DNA of 64,000 bases from a virus: positions 12,710 through 76,709 of the IMG/VR virus record IMGVR_UViG_3300035698_014365. One strand, 5' to 3'. Each line of letters begins with the position of its first letter. Position 1 is the first letter of the stretch. Positions 39,651 through 48,618 of the stretch are shown here, piece by piece. The translations under genes and the position numbers were made by a program. A model generated the notes under the pieces. That model did no database searches and was not told where the DNA came from. It worked only from the letters and a program-made list of their open reading frames with translations.

Positions 39651-40441
39651 AGGAATTTCCCCAGCGCCTTGACGACCTTCTTCACCGGAGGCTGCCAGTT
39701 GTGATCTTGTAAGATTTTGCACGGCGTACCAAATGGTGACCATAGCTTTTTGTACCTGTCTTTATTCGTCCCCTTGATGGCCTTCTCGTACTTGTCGTAG
39801 GTCATCACAACATGTGGTAGCCCACACAGGCTCGCCAAATGCGCCGGGCCCGACGACGGGCTGAGCATCACCTTGCTCGAGGCCATAATATCACACAGCC
39901 TTCTCAGCGAAATCCCTCTGAGGTCTTCTGTCCCGGGCACATGATACGCCCCCTTCGTTGTTCCAATACTGCACACGGTGTGTGGCTTCAGCGCCTCGAC
40001 AACCTTCACATAGTTCTTCAGCGGCCAGTTGCGATTCTTGTGGTTCGACTTATGGGCGAATTTTGTCTCAGCGCGCGCGTGAATCACAAGGTTGTACTTC
40101 CACGCCCCACTCACCTCGCCGTACTTCACATACTCTCTCGCCCACTTGCAGCACACCTTGCGCCCGGGAGACAGGTGAATGACCTCTCCCACCACGGGAA
40201 TCGGCACATCGAACGACGGCTTAATGCGCAATTTCTTCCCGTTGAAAAACCATCGGTCGGCAACCCCGTCTGGGCTGTATGAAATAAAGTCGGTCGCAAA
40301 CTCGTACAGAAACTCGTGCTCAGGCCGACATATCACCGTCACGCGCTCGAATCGTGGGGCAATATGGCGCAACGCTGGAATCCAGGTGGCGACACACCAT
40401 CCAAATTCCATAGAGTCAGGGCCTGCGACGAGGTGTCTCAT
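39647..40441 (-). CDS. Glycosyltransferase GT9 (heptosyltransferase-like)
   Basis: KNRNWP, DLRG.SL, SSGPAHLASLCGLPHV. Confidence 0.82.
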   Translation of the reverse strand: MRHLVAGPDSMEFGWCVATWIPALRHIAPRFERVTVICRPEHEFLYEFATDFISYSPDGVADRWFFNGKKLRIKPSFDVPIPVVGEVIHLSPGRKVCCKWAREYVKYGEVSGAWKYNLVIHARAETKFAHKSNHKNRNWPLKNYVKVVEALKPHTVCSIGTTKGAYHVPGTEDLRGISLRRLCDIMASSKVMLSPSSGPAHLASLCGLPHVVMTYDKYEKAIKGTNKDRYKKLWSPFGTPCKILQDHNWQPPVKKVVKALGKFL

Positions 40442-40611
40442 GGTGTGAATCTTACGCACTCTGGTGGGTATTCTGATTCCTGCCCGTTTCCAGCAGCATC
40501 AAACCATTCACAGCAGACGTAGTTGTCGCCAACAAACGTAATAGTCATGTCTGGGCCGCCGCTGTTCAGACAAACCACATAGCCAACTTTCATTTTTTCG
40601 TCGTCGCTCAT
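40438..40611 (-). CDS. YodC/DUF2158-like small protein
   Basis: Read by hand: MKVGYVVCLNSGGPDMTI...VCCEWFD. Confidence 0.7.
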   Translation of the reverse strand: MSDDEKMKVGYVVCLNSGGPDMTITFVGDNYVCCEWFDAAGNGQESEYPPECVRFTP

Positions 40612-41372
40612 CACCACACCGCCTTTCTCATGGGCTTCTTTGCCCGGACAATTTTCTCACATCGCTTCTCAACGACACGCTTCTTCTTCGTCTTCACATC
40701 GCGATAATAGTAGATGAGCCTGTGGATGTGCACACATCGGCTGAGCCCAGCCAGTTCTATCGCCGGCATCATCAGCGCCAAGTCGGAGCACGCTGGCAGC
40801 CACGCGCCCTTGTGCTTGAAACAATCCTCCGGAATCTGCCTGAACAGCTTCCATTTCATTGTCTTGAGGTGCGAGCCGCGCCACGGATGCTTCCTGACAT
40901 TGGCCCCGTCGGGGTAGGCATTCGAAATCTTCGTTCTGCGGCCGACCGACTTCTTCAAATACGAGCCGTAGGTCAGCAGGCACTTCGGGTTCTTCTGGTA
41001 GGCGCGCTCAACAATGCGCAGAGCCTTCGGGTCGAGCTTATCGCCATCCCCGTCCAGAAACACCAGGATATCCTCTGGGTCGAACGGAATACTCTCATAG
41101 GACGTGTCGCAGTGTTGCTTCTGAATCCAAGGGGCCTTGTATATCTGGCGCGCGACACCGTAGTTCTTCTCACTAACCGATATGGATATCTTCCCCAGAG
41201 GCAGATTTGCATTCCTGCGGAAGCTGTCAACGGCCGTGAGCGTCCTGTCCTCCGGCGCATCCAGTGCTACGTGCGCAACCCACTTCTCACACGTCTGGCC
41301 GACGAGACTCTTCAGAGTCTTGCCGATCAGATGCTCTGCATTGCGAGCGCGCATGATTACGCGGAACAGCAT
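40611..41372 (-). CDS. Glycosyltransferase GT2
   Basis: ARNAE..I...L.SL..Q, FLDGDGD, TYGSY, SHLKT, DLALM. Confidence 0.85.
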   Translation of the reverse strand: MLFRVIMRARNAEHLIGKTLKSLVGQTCEKWVAHVALDAPEDRTLTAVDSFRRNANLPLGKISISVSEKNYGVARQIYKAPWIQKQHCDTSYESIPFDPEDILVFLDGDGDKLDPKALRIVERAYQKNPKCLLTYGSYLKKSVGRRTKISNAYPDGANVRKHPWRGSHLKTMKWKLFRQIPEDCFKHKGAWLPACSDLALMMPAIELAGLSRCVHIHRLIYYYRDVKTKKKRVVEKRCEKIVRAKKPMRKAVW

Positions 41373-42277
41373 CAGCAAATCACCTTTCTGGAGTTGTGCA
41401 GGAGCTTCTTTGTCCCCTTGTCGCTCCCCATGCACGCCTTGGCAATAGCAATCCACTCAGGGTCTTTCCACAGCCTCTTATAGCGCTTCACGGCCGTCTC
41501 GGTGATGAGTTTGCTGCGACGCCCCTCTTTGAGCCTTCTGGCAAACTTGAAGTCCCCAAGATGGATGTCGCGGTAGCTCGCACTCGACTTCTGACCATTT
41601 GGCATCTCGTTCTTGTGCTTCGGAACCTTGATTCCTGACCCGCGCAGCATCCGGCAGTGCATGACCTCGTCGTACTCCCGATAGCTGCCAAACTTGTGCT
41701 TATCGAGACCATCCCTCTTCTGTCCGGTCGCAACAGCCTTGTAGAGCGCGCGCTGAGCCTTCACGGCCTTCAGCCATTGTTTCACGTGAATCATCACTGT
41801 ACCACCGCAGATGCGCATGTAGTGGTCGCGCCAGCCGTGCTCACCGTGAATCTTCGGGCGCCAGGGGCGAGTAGACGGGCCCCGGAACGCACTGTACGGA
41901 ACTCCGCCCTTTTTCATCACAGACACGTGGTACTGGAGGTGTGTTGGCGTGTGACGGAAAACGACGAAATCCACGTCCGTGATATACGCATATTTGTAAG
42001 GCTTCAGGTAAGCTCGCGGTATCAGCAACCGACAGGCGCCACAGGTTCCCTTCCCGTTCCGATAATTCAGGAATTGATTCTCTATCACATCCCAGCCCAC
42101 CATAGACTGAAACGGCTTCGTATTGAGAATCGCAGCAACCCCTGGCAGCAACTTCCCTCGGATTAGTACCTTCACGTCCCACTCTGGGTACGCTCGTTTT
42201 ACCGAGTATATCCACAGGGGAATGAAGAATTCAAACCCGTCGGCGCTGACAACCGTGAATGCACACACCTTCGCCAT
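41372..42277 (-). CDS. Putative GT-A fold glycosyltransferase
   Basis: YAYITDVDF (DxD), RICGG, DE; cluster context. Confidence 0.55.
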   Translation of the reverse strand: MAKVCAFTVVSADGFEFFIPLWIYSVKRAYPEWDVKVLIRGKLLPGVAAILNTKPFQSMVGWDVIENQFLNYRNGKGTCGACRLLIPRAYLKPYKYAYITDVDFVVFRHTPTHLQYHVSVMKKGGVPYSAFRGPSTRPWRPKIHGEHGWRDHYMRICGGTVMIHVKQWLKAVKAQRALYKAVATGQKRDGLDKHKFGSYREYDEVMHCRMLRGSGIKVPKHKNEMPNGQKSSASYRDIHLGDFKFARRLKEGRRSKLITETAVKRYKRLWKDPEWIAIAKACMGSDKGTKKLLHNSRKVIC

Positions 42278-42278
42278 C

Positions 42279-42650
42279 TTAGACCGTGTGCGTCCCTTCT
42301 ACACCCCGGGCCTGACGCGCAGCCGTACGGTGGTTGAGCCAGTGCATGGCCTCTTCCAGCTTCGTGAGCGCCAAGGCGTTCTCGCGGCACGAGTAGTCAC
42401 CGGACTGGAACCCCTGAAGCCGGTCGATGACGATGGCGATCAGGTCTTCGTTGTGGCACCCGTTGACATCCCCTTCTTTGATTGGGCCGTTCTGAAACTC
42501 GACCCAGGCAAACGTCGTGGGTGGCGTGTCCTTGTCAGAAGGCTTGTCCACCTCTCCAACCTGATACCTGTGGCACGCATTCCCCGCGCCCGGCTTGTCG
42601 AGGCACACAACCTTTGTGTAGCGCTGGCTTCCAATGCCCAGTGTTCTCAT
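42279..42650 (-). CDS. tad1: Tad1-family anti-defence sponge (Thoeris/CBASS signal sequestration)
   Basis: G.G.A.H.Y...FQ.GP......G...EDL..IV.DRL..FQ.G..SCRENA.AL..LEEA..WL..R...R..RGVEGT matches the Tad1 motif pattern as recalled. Confidence 0.85.
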   Translation of the reverse strand: MRTLGIGSQRYTKVVCLDKPGAGNACHRYQVGEVDKPSDKDTPPTTFAWVEFQNGPIKEGDVNGCHNEDLIAIVIDRLQGFQSGDYSCRENALALTKLEEAMHWLNHRTAARQARGVEGTHTV

Positions 42651-42796
42651 TTCTTCTTTCTCCTCTTCTTTTTTTTCGACTTACCGGCCTTGTCAAGCGC
42701 GATAGCCACTCTCTGTTTTTTGGGATACCCTTCGCCAGCGAGCTTCTTGATATTCTTGCTGATGGAAACGGGCGACTTTCCACTTGCGAGCGGCAT
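42647..42796 (-). CDS. Small basic phage protein (MPLASGKS...QRVAIAL family)
   Basis: Read by hand; 49 aa, GAGG RBS; motif recurrent in phage late regions. Confidence 0.65.
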   Translation of the reverse strand: MPLASGKSPVSISKNIKKLAGEGYPKKQRVAIALDKAGKSKKKKRRKKK

Positions 42797-42809
42797 AGCC
42801 GCCTCCTCT

Positions 42810-43001
42810 CTACTTAGCCTTCTTCCGGGCCTTCCGGGCCTTGCGAATCTTCTTCAGGAGCTTGTCCATCTTCGCTTCCAGGGCTGCCACTCGCTTCTCC
42901 AGCTCCTCGATCACAATTTCCTTCCCCGACACCCGAATCTTCGCCGGCGCCTTCTTCAGCACGACCTTCTTCTTTGCTGCCACTTTCCTTGCTACCGCCA
43001 T
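42810..43001 (-). CDS. Small Lys/Ala-rich, histone-like protein
   Basis: 63 aa MAVARKVAAKKK...RKARKKAK; GAGG RBS. Confidence 0.6.
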   Translation of the reverse strand: MAVARKVAAKKKVVLKKAPAKIRVSGKEIVIEELEKRVAALEAKMDKLLKKIRKARKARKKAK

Positions 43002-43353
43002 CCTCTTCCTCCTTCTGATAGACAAGCAATGGCTTGCCTGCTTTGTGCAGTGGCTTGACCATCTTGAAGCCATGCTTCAAACACAGGTCGCGCCCTGCCG
43101 TGGATAACCAAGAGGTCCATATTGCATCGAACCTCTGGGTCAAGTACCACATGAGCCTGTCTGCAAACCCCTTTTGGCGGTCCTCTTCGTGGTACACGTA
43201 GATATCGAGAAGCACGAGCCCTTCGCGGTCACTCGGGTTGATCACGAGCGCGCGACCAATCATACGCTCTTCCTCGTACAGTGGAATATTGTAAATGCCG
43301 TAGCACTCAATGTACTCTTCCTCGACCGACACTTCCTTGACTTTCTGAATCAT
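42814..43353 (-). CDS. GNAT-family acetyltransferase with an acidic overlapping tail
   Basis: DIYV...RQKGFADRLM (motif A) and AGRDLCLKHGF. Confidence 0.7.
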   Translation of the reverse strand: MIQKVKEVSVEEEYIECYGIYNIPLYEEERMIGRALVINPSDREGLVLLDIYVYHEEDRQKGFADRLMWYLTQRFDAIWTSWLSTAGRDLCLKHGFKMVKPLHKAGKPLLVYQKEEEDGGSKESGSKEEGRAEEGAGEDSGVGEGNCDRGAGEASGSPGSEDGQAPEEDSQGPEGPEEG

Positions 43354-45455
43354 CTCGCCATCCACCTTTCGGGTCTTTTCGTCCGATCTGTCTTCGGAGC
43401 CTCTACTCGCTGGTATTCTCTACGACTCGCCACGTGCGGCGCTGGCCGCTTCTTCCTTCTGACCTCGCTCAGGATGAGCAGGAGGGCTTTGCACATCAGC
43501 GCCTCTTCGTCCTGAATTTTCTTGTCACGCACACTCCACAGACTCAACTGCTTGCGGGCAATCGGGCACTTATTGTGGATAACCACGCGGTCGTCGTTGA
43601 ACATCTGGACGCCAAGGGCAATCGCGCCGAACTCGTCGTACCTGACGGGCTCCCGGGTCACCACCCCAGCCTGCTCACGGAACACATCGGACAACGGGCG
43701 CCGGCCACCCGACTCTTTGAACATTAGATCGTTGCCAATCACGTTTGCCTGGCGGTAGTCGTGGAGATACACGCCGTATCGCGACTCTTCGCGCAGGGAC
43801 GCCGCCATTTCGGTCACCAAGGGGGTGTCCTGCCAGAATTCAGTGTACACCCACAGCTTATTGCGGTAATACTCGTAAATTGCGCCAATTCCGCCCAGCG
43901 TAAGGTCTTTTCCGAGAACGAGGGCCACAAAATGCAGTATTTCGACTGCCACCGGCCCATTCCAGGTAGGATCGAAGGCGTGGCGCACGTCCCAGTCCAC
44001 TGTGAACGCTGAGCTCATCACATTTGAGGACGTTTGGGTGAATATCTTCTTGGGTCCGCCGGCAAAGGCCAGCACACAGGCGTCTCCCTTGTCCGGAGAG
44101 CGTGATATGCGGGCCTTAAAGTCGGTTTTCGACTCCATCTTGATAGCAGTGCCGTCACCCGGGCGCCATTCGCGTCCACTGAGCTCGTCAAGCAGAAATT
44201 CGTCGCGGCACAGCACCATGTCGTCGATGTCGGCACCCACATTGAACCACATCTCTGTGGCATACCCCTTGTACTCAGGATTTGAGGACTTGGCGTTGCT
44301 GTAAATCGGCACCACTTCGAGATTGTCGGCCTCGTTGAGGGTCAGAAACTCGATAAGCGCAGCCCCGTACCCGCCATGGGCATCCACCTTGACCTTTATC
44401 CGGTCGGTCGGGCTCTTGAAGTCGCGCCTGGCGTCCCGAATGTCCTGCAGCACGAACCGGTTGAGCTCCTGTGGGGTTGCCTTGGGGTGAGTGGCTATGC
44501 GGTGGAGTATGTTCCCCTGCCGGACTGCCACTGTGGCCAGGTCGTCACCCTCAAATGCAGGGTCAACGCCTACCTCGAGCGGACCCGACGCCGACCACTC
44601 GCCATTCTCGTAGCGCACCATTGCCGCATTGACCCTGTCCCACGCCATGATTGCCCGCGGGTTGGAGGGCGGGAACTCGCCGAGCACACGCACCATATAC
44701 TGTGGGCTGTCGCGGTTGTATTTGCGGCGCCAGTATTCAATCGATTCTGGGGTTACGAGGCTGGATTCCTCGGCATTGTAGTGCAGATGCTTCCACAGGC
44801 CCGCATCGGTGTGGAAGGTGTCGAAAAACCACCCCTGTGTGCGCGTAGGGTTACCGCAGAGCAGAATGTGGTTATTGGGTCCAGTCAGGCAGCCCATGAG
44901 GCCGTCACGCATCTTATCGATGTTTTCGCCACTGGCCTCGTCCACCACCACGAGCACATGATCTTCATGGAGGCCGGTGATTGACTCCTGGTCGCGCGCG
45001 GTCACGATATTGGCAAACCACGTCTGCGGTGAATCGACGAACACCAATTTCTCCGCCGTGTACTCCAGCTTGTCCTTTATGGTGCTGCGATTGTACCACT
45101 TGCCCACTTCGGCCCAGGTGGTCATTTTGAGCTGGTCATACTTGGAGCCGGTGATGATTATTCTGGCGTTCTCGTACAGATAGATGAATGTGAGGACAAT
45201 GAGGGCCACAGATCCCGTTTTCCCAATTCCATGACCTGAGCGGGCGCACACGCGCGGAAAGTCCTGAACGGCCGTAATGAGCTCTACCTGCTCTGGCTCA
45301 ACCCGCCGACCCTGCACCTGTGCCGCGACATCTTCCGGACTCAGGCACATTATCTGATCTTCGATGAACGCCACCCAGTTTGACTGGTAGTAGCGCAGCT
45401 CTTCAATCGACAGGTCTATGAGGGAGTTCTTAGCCAACGGCGTTTGCCCGTTCAA
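43350..45455 (-). CDS. terL: Terminase large subunit with a C-terminal extension
   Basis: SGHGIGKT (Walker A), VVVDEAS (Walker B), GNPT, GVDPA..GDD, SPDKGDA. Confidence 0.93.
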   Translation of the reverse strand: MNGQTPLAKNSLIDLSIEELRYYQSNWVAFIEDQIMCLSPEDVAAQVQGRRVEPEQVELITAVQDFPRVCARSGHGIGKTGSVALIVLTFIYLYENARIIITGSKYDQLKMTTWAEVGKWYNRSTIKDKLEYTAEKLVFVDSPQTWFANIVTARDQESITGLHEDHVLVVVDEASGENIDKMRDGLMGCLTGPNNHILLCGNPTRTQGWFFDTFHTDAGLWKHLHYNAEESSLVTPESIEYWRRKYNRDSPQYMVRVLGEFPPSNPRAIMAWDRVNAAMVRYENGEWSASGPLEVGVDPAFEGDDLATVAVRQGNILHRIATHPKATPQELNRFVLQDIRDARRDFKSPTDRIKVKVDAHGGYGAALIEFLTLNEADNLEVVPIYSNAKSSNPEYKGYATEMWFNVGADIDDMVLCRDEFLLDELSGREWRPGDGTAIKMESKTDFKARISRSPDKGDACVLAFAGGPKKIFTQTSSNVMSSAFTVDWDVRHAFDPTWNGPVAVEILHFVALVLGKDLTLGGIGAIYEYYRNKLWVYTEFWQDTPLVTEMAASLREESRYGVYLHDYRQANVIGNDLMFKESGGRRPLSDVFREQAGVVTREPVRYDEFGAIALGVQMFNDDRVVIHNKCPIARKQLSLWSVRDKKIQDEEALMCKALLLILSEVRRKKRPAPHVASRREYQRVEAPKTDRTKRPERWMAR

Positions 45456-46134
45456 TGTGCCCGTGGTGGATTACAACCTCATCGAACGCTTGGGCCGCCT
45501 CTTCTTCATCCTTGAAGGTGCCTATCTCAATATCCTTGCCATCTATGCGCGCGACGACCTCAAACTTGCCATCTGTGCCGCGCTGCCACACCCCCCGGTA
45601 TTTCGATGTCTTGAAGGCCACCCTGTGCTCCCCACCCGGGAACTCTCTGGCTTGGCTCGCCGGCAGGAAGGAAATGTCGTTGATATCCGCCCCGGGACCG
45701 AACGCCTCAATTGCAGTGGCATTGTACGCCCTGGCAGCATCCGTCTCGTTATCGAACAACCCTATGTGGCAATTGTTGAAATGGGATTCCCACAGACCCC
45801 GATTGTCGTACCAGCGCACCCCAGCGTACTCAGACTTGCCCACACCACTCACCCAGCGCTCAGATTTACCACTGAGGTTGATTGGCAGCATGTTTCCCTT
45901 GCGACAGTCGAGGGAGTTGCCGTTGATGAATTTAATGAGGAAATATGGGGGGTAACCGCAGATTAAACGATGGAGATAAACCTTCTTGTACCTGCCTTCG
46001 ATGCGCATGCCGCGGGTGGCATACTTGTGCTTCTCGTCGCGTATGAGGGCCGACCAGTTGTAGTCCGAGAGCCAGTCGTAGACCTTCGAGTCTACAAGCG
46101 CGCGCTCATTCTTCGTCAGGAGAAGGCTCTTCAC
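45430..46134 (-). CDS. HNH-AP2 homing-endonuclease-like protein
   Basis: YLHRLI...INGNSLDCRKGNM (HNH, with the first His replaced) and two AP2 repeats (SEYAGV...AARAYN; SKYRGV...EEEAAQAFD). Confidence 0.8.
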   Translation of the reverse strand: MKSLLLTKNERALVDSKVYDWLSDYNWSALIRDEKHKYATRGMRIEGRYKKVYLHRLICGYPPYFLIKFINGNSLDCRKGNMLPINLSGKSERWVSGVGKSEYAGVRWYDNRGLWESHFNNCHIGLFDNETDAARAYNATAIEAFGPGADINDISFLPASQAREFPGGEHRVAFKTSKYRGVWQRGTDGKFEVVARIDGKDIEIGTFKDEEEAAQAFDEVVIHHGHIERANAVG

Positions 46135-46291
46135 GTTGCTCGTACTCCCGGTTGATTACCTGACGTATCCACGCGGCCGGGGAGAGCTTGTCCTCTACCC
46201 ACTCACAGATGGCTTCCTGAAGCCTGATCGTGGTTTTGAGGCGCCTGCTCTTAGTGCCATATCCCGCTACTGGTGGACGACCCTCACGCAT
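46106..46291 (-). CDS. Small ribbon-helix-helix-like DNA-binding protein
   Basis: TTIRLQEAICEWV...SPAAWIRQVI. Confidence 0.45.
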   Translation of the reverse strand: MREGRPPVAGYGTKSRRLKTTIRLQEAICEWVEDKLSPAAWIRQVINREYEQREEPSPDEE

Positions 46292-46296
46292 TGACC

Positions 46297-46413
46297 CTAC
46301 TTCCGCGACTTGCGCTGTGTTGCTGCACGCTTCTTCTGGCGAGCAACAAGGGCCTTCTTCTCGCGCTCCATGATGCTGTCACCTTTTCTCTGTGTAGATG
46401 TCTTCTTGGCCAT
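46297..46413 (-). CDS. Small basic protein (38 aa)
   Basis: Read by hand: MAKKTSTQRKGDS...RKSRK. Confidence 0.4.
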   Translation of the reverse strand: MAKKTSTQRKGDSIMEREKKALVARQKKRAATQRKSRK

Positions 46414-46421
46414 GTTCGGCA

Positions 46422-46685
46422 TTATTTCTTCCCCTTTTTTGATTTGTCGATTTTCACGTCTTTGGGAGAAACCCGCTTAGACCCATAAAACAGCTTCTTT
46501 GTAACGTGCTCATCCTTCTGTGCTTGGGTCTTGAACGTCTTCCCGTATGTCAAGGAGTCCGTTAGGGCGCCGGCCCGCCTGTCCAGCGCAGCCCTTTTCT
46601 TCGAATCCCGCCTTTTAAGCGCGGCCCGATCCTTGGCTATTTTCTTCATCTCGGAGTCGTACTTCTTTTCTGACAGCTTTGCCAT
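46422..46685 (-). CDS. Lys-rich hypothetical protein
   Basis: 87 aa with an AGGAAGG RBS. Confidence 0.6.
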   Translation of the reverse strand: MAKLSEKKYDSEMKKIAKDRAALKRRDSKKRAALDRRAGALTDSLTYGKTFKTQAQKDEHVTKKLFYGSKRVSPKDVKIDKSKKGKK

Positions 46686-46696
46686 ACCTTCCTCCT

Positions 46697-46879
46697 CTAC
46701 GCTCCGCGTAGGTCGTTTGGGCCGCGCTGAGGGGGTCCGCCATTCATCATGCGAACCTGCTCAAGGTCGTCCCCCGACATCGGGTGTGATTTGTGACACT
46801 TCTCGCAGTACCACTCCGACGCCTTGGGGTAGTGGTCGCTGATAAGCGGTCTGCAGGCTTTGCCACATGCGCACTTCAT
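46697..46879 (-). CDS. Small zinc-finger-like protein
   Basis: CAC...C...CEKC. Confidence 0.5.
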   Translation of the reverse strand: MKCACGKACRPLISDHYPKASEWYCEKCHKSHPMSGDDLEQVRMMNGGPPQRGPNDLRGA

Positions 46880-46887
46880 AAGGTCTC

Positions 46888-47061
46888 CTATGTCCTCTCA
46901 AGGAACTTTTCGAATGACTCCTCTGTCTCCAGAGCAATCTTCAGGTTGATAACATCTTCCTTGGAAATGGGCGTATCGCGCCCCTCGACCTCATCAGGGT
47001 TTCTGACGGTGCCGTCGGCATGCAGGTATCGCAGCCTGCGATGGTCCACTGAATTGAGCAT
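46888..47061 (-). CDS. Hypothetical protein
   Basis: 57 aa from MLNSVDH; AGGAAGG RBS. Confidence 0.5.
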   Translation of the reverse strand: MLNSVDHRRLRYLHADGTVRNPDEVEGRDTPISKEDVINLKIALETEESFEKFLERT

Positions 47062-47364
47062 CCCTTCCTCACAATGATTCGGCCACCCGCCGAAACTCAT
47101 CCACGCCAATTTCCTTCGCCAAAGCCTTCAGGTCAAATCTTCCACTATGATACGCGGCCGCCAGCTCTTCATTTCTGTCGCTTCGGCCCAGAAGCTCGTC
47201 GGCCAGCTCCATAATCGTTGCTTCTTCCAGTGATACGAATTCCTCCACTCTTACCCTCCGGTCTCTTGTAAAACTCCGGCTTCACGGGAGCGTACGTCCC
47301 GCACTTATTGCAAATCGGCCCCTTGCGATACCAGGAGTGGCACCCCTCCTTCGGACACGCCCTG

Positions 47365-47598
47365 TCAGCCTGCCGGGCAAGCATCGAGCAAGTCCTCCTG
47401 CACCGCCCAGATGCCATCAAAGCACTCTGCGAACCGATATCCGGTGATTCCGCGGTGCCGAGCGTACGATCTGAAGCTCTGAGCAGCCGCCTCCTTCGTC
47501 CACGGATACGGGCCCTCGCTGTGCCCGGCAATACTCCCAACCCGCCACGTCCAGCGCCCGGGCTTCACCTCTTCGAATTTTACGAGTATCAGTGCCAT
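47365..47598 (-). CDS. Hypothetical protein
   Basis: 77 aa from MALILVK; AGGAG RBS. Confidence 0.5.
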   Translation of the reverse strand: MALILVKFEEVKPGRWTWRVGSIAGHSEGPYPWTKEAAAQSFRSYARHRGITGYRFAECFDGIWAVQEDLLDACPAG

Positions 47599-47640
47599 GA
47601 TTTCTCCTAATATCGTCTTTTGGCGGTCGAAAGTCAAGCC

Positions 47641-48042
47641 CTAAAGTGAATCTTCGCGCACAACCTTGCCGCCGATGGTCACCGTGAACCCGTGGCCGTA
47701 GTACCCATTGTGGGAGTTGAAGAGGTGTAGGTAGAGGACCTTTTTGCCCTTCACGAGCTTGAATGCCACCATTCCTCCCGCGTCGAGGGCGCTGTATCCG
47801 TGTTCGCGCGCCTCAAGAACAACCTCCTGAAAAAACTCTGGGTCGAACTGCCAGCCGTCCAAATCTCTCGGTTGGCTCAGCTCCCCATCGTAGTCGTAAG
47901 TAGTGGCGATCTCTTTGGTGATGAACCAGTCGGCTCTCTCGCAGCAAGACTGGCCCATGTCGTATCCGACGAGCACGTTGTTGTCGTCTACAAAATTAAC
48001 CTTTTGTGCCCACCCTCCGTCGTTGCTGTCGAAAATTTTCAT
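47641..48042 (-). CDS. Conserved phage hypothetical protein
   Basis: QSCCE...HNGYYGH motifs typical of a widespread phage family. Confidence 0.65.
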   Translation of the reverse strand: MKIFDSNDGGWAQKVNFVDDNNVLVGYDMGQSCCERADWFITKEIATTYDYDGELSQPRDLDGWQFDPEFFQEVVLEAREHGYSALDAGGMVAFKLVKGKKVLYLHLFNSHNGYYGHGFTVTIGGKVVREDSL

Positions 48043-48204
48043 AGCTTTTTCCCCTCAGAACGTCACCGCGACAGTGAGAACCGCTGCCGCTATCCAGTAC
48101 ACCACTCGCCGCACGTCGCCGTCGATCCCGCACACCACGGCCGCGCCCACATCACAAACTATCAGTATGCACGGGAATATCTGTGTGCGGTTCATCGCCA
48201 CCCC

Positions 48205-48615
48205 TTATCCATTCTTCCTCCCGGGCACGCCCAGCCGGTCACAGGCTCTGTCGTAGGCCACACCCGCCTCATCCTGCCCATCAAACGTCCCCAGGAACTC
48301 CCTCACCCCGCCAACACAAATATCCGCCCGGAACCCACCCCGAAAACCCCTGACCCCCTTGGGCTTGCTTCGCCCCGGGCAATATTTCGCCGCCGCACAC
48401 CCGGAAACCACACACAACCCCAGCGACACTTCCCTCCCCACCTTCACAAGCACAGCCCCCGCAGCGCGGGCAGCCGAGAAAACACCCTCCTCACCCACCG
48501 GCCACATACCCTCCGGAACCAGCACCGCCCATGGGTTACCTTCGACCATACCAGTTTTTCGGGCATACGCCAGCATCTTGCCAAACCACTCTGCATTTAA
48601 TCGTTTTCCGTTCAT
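48205..48615 (-). CDS. AP2-domain DNA-binding protein
   Basis: C-terminal KGV...FRADI....FLGTFD...EAGVAYD. Confidence 0.6.
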   Translation of the reverse strand: MNGKRLNAEWFGKMLAYARKTGMVEGNPWAVLVPEGMWPVGEEGVFSAARAAGAVLVKVGREVSLGLCVVSGCAAAKYCPGRSKPKGVRGFRGGFRADICVGGVREFLGTFDGQDEAGVAYDRACDRLGVPGRKNG

Positions 48616-48618
48616 GGG

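Noticed and set aside
23683-42277. Host O-antigen/capsule locus captured or mis-assembled into the contig
   Set aside because: No flippase, polymerase or export genes; translationally coupled and interleaved with phage-type small genes between terL and portal
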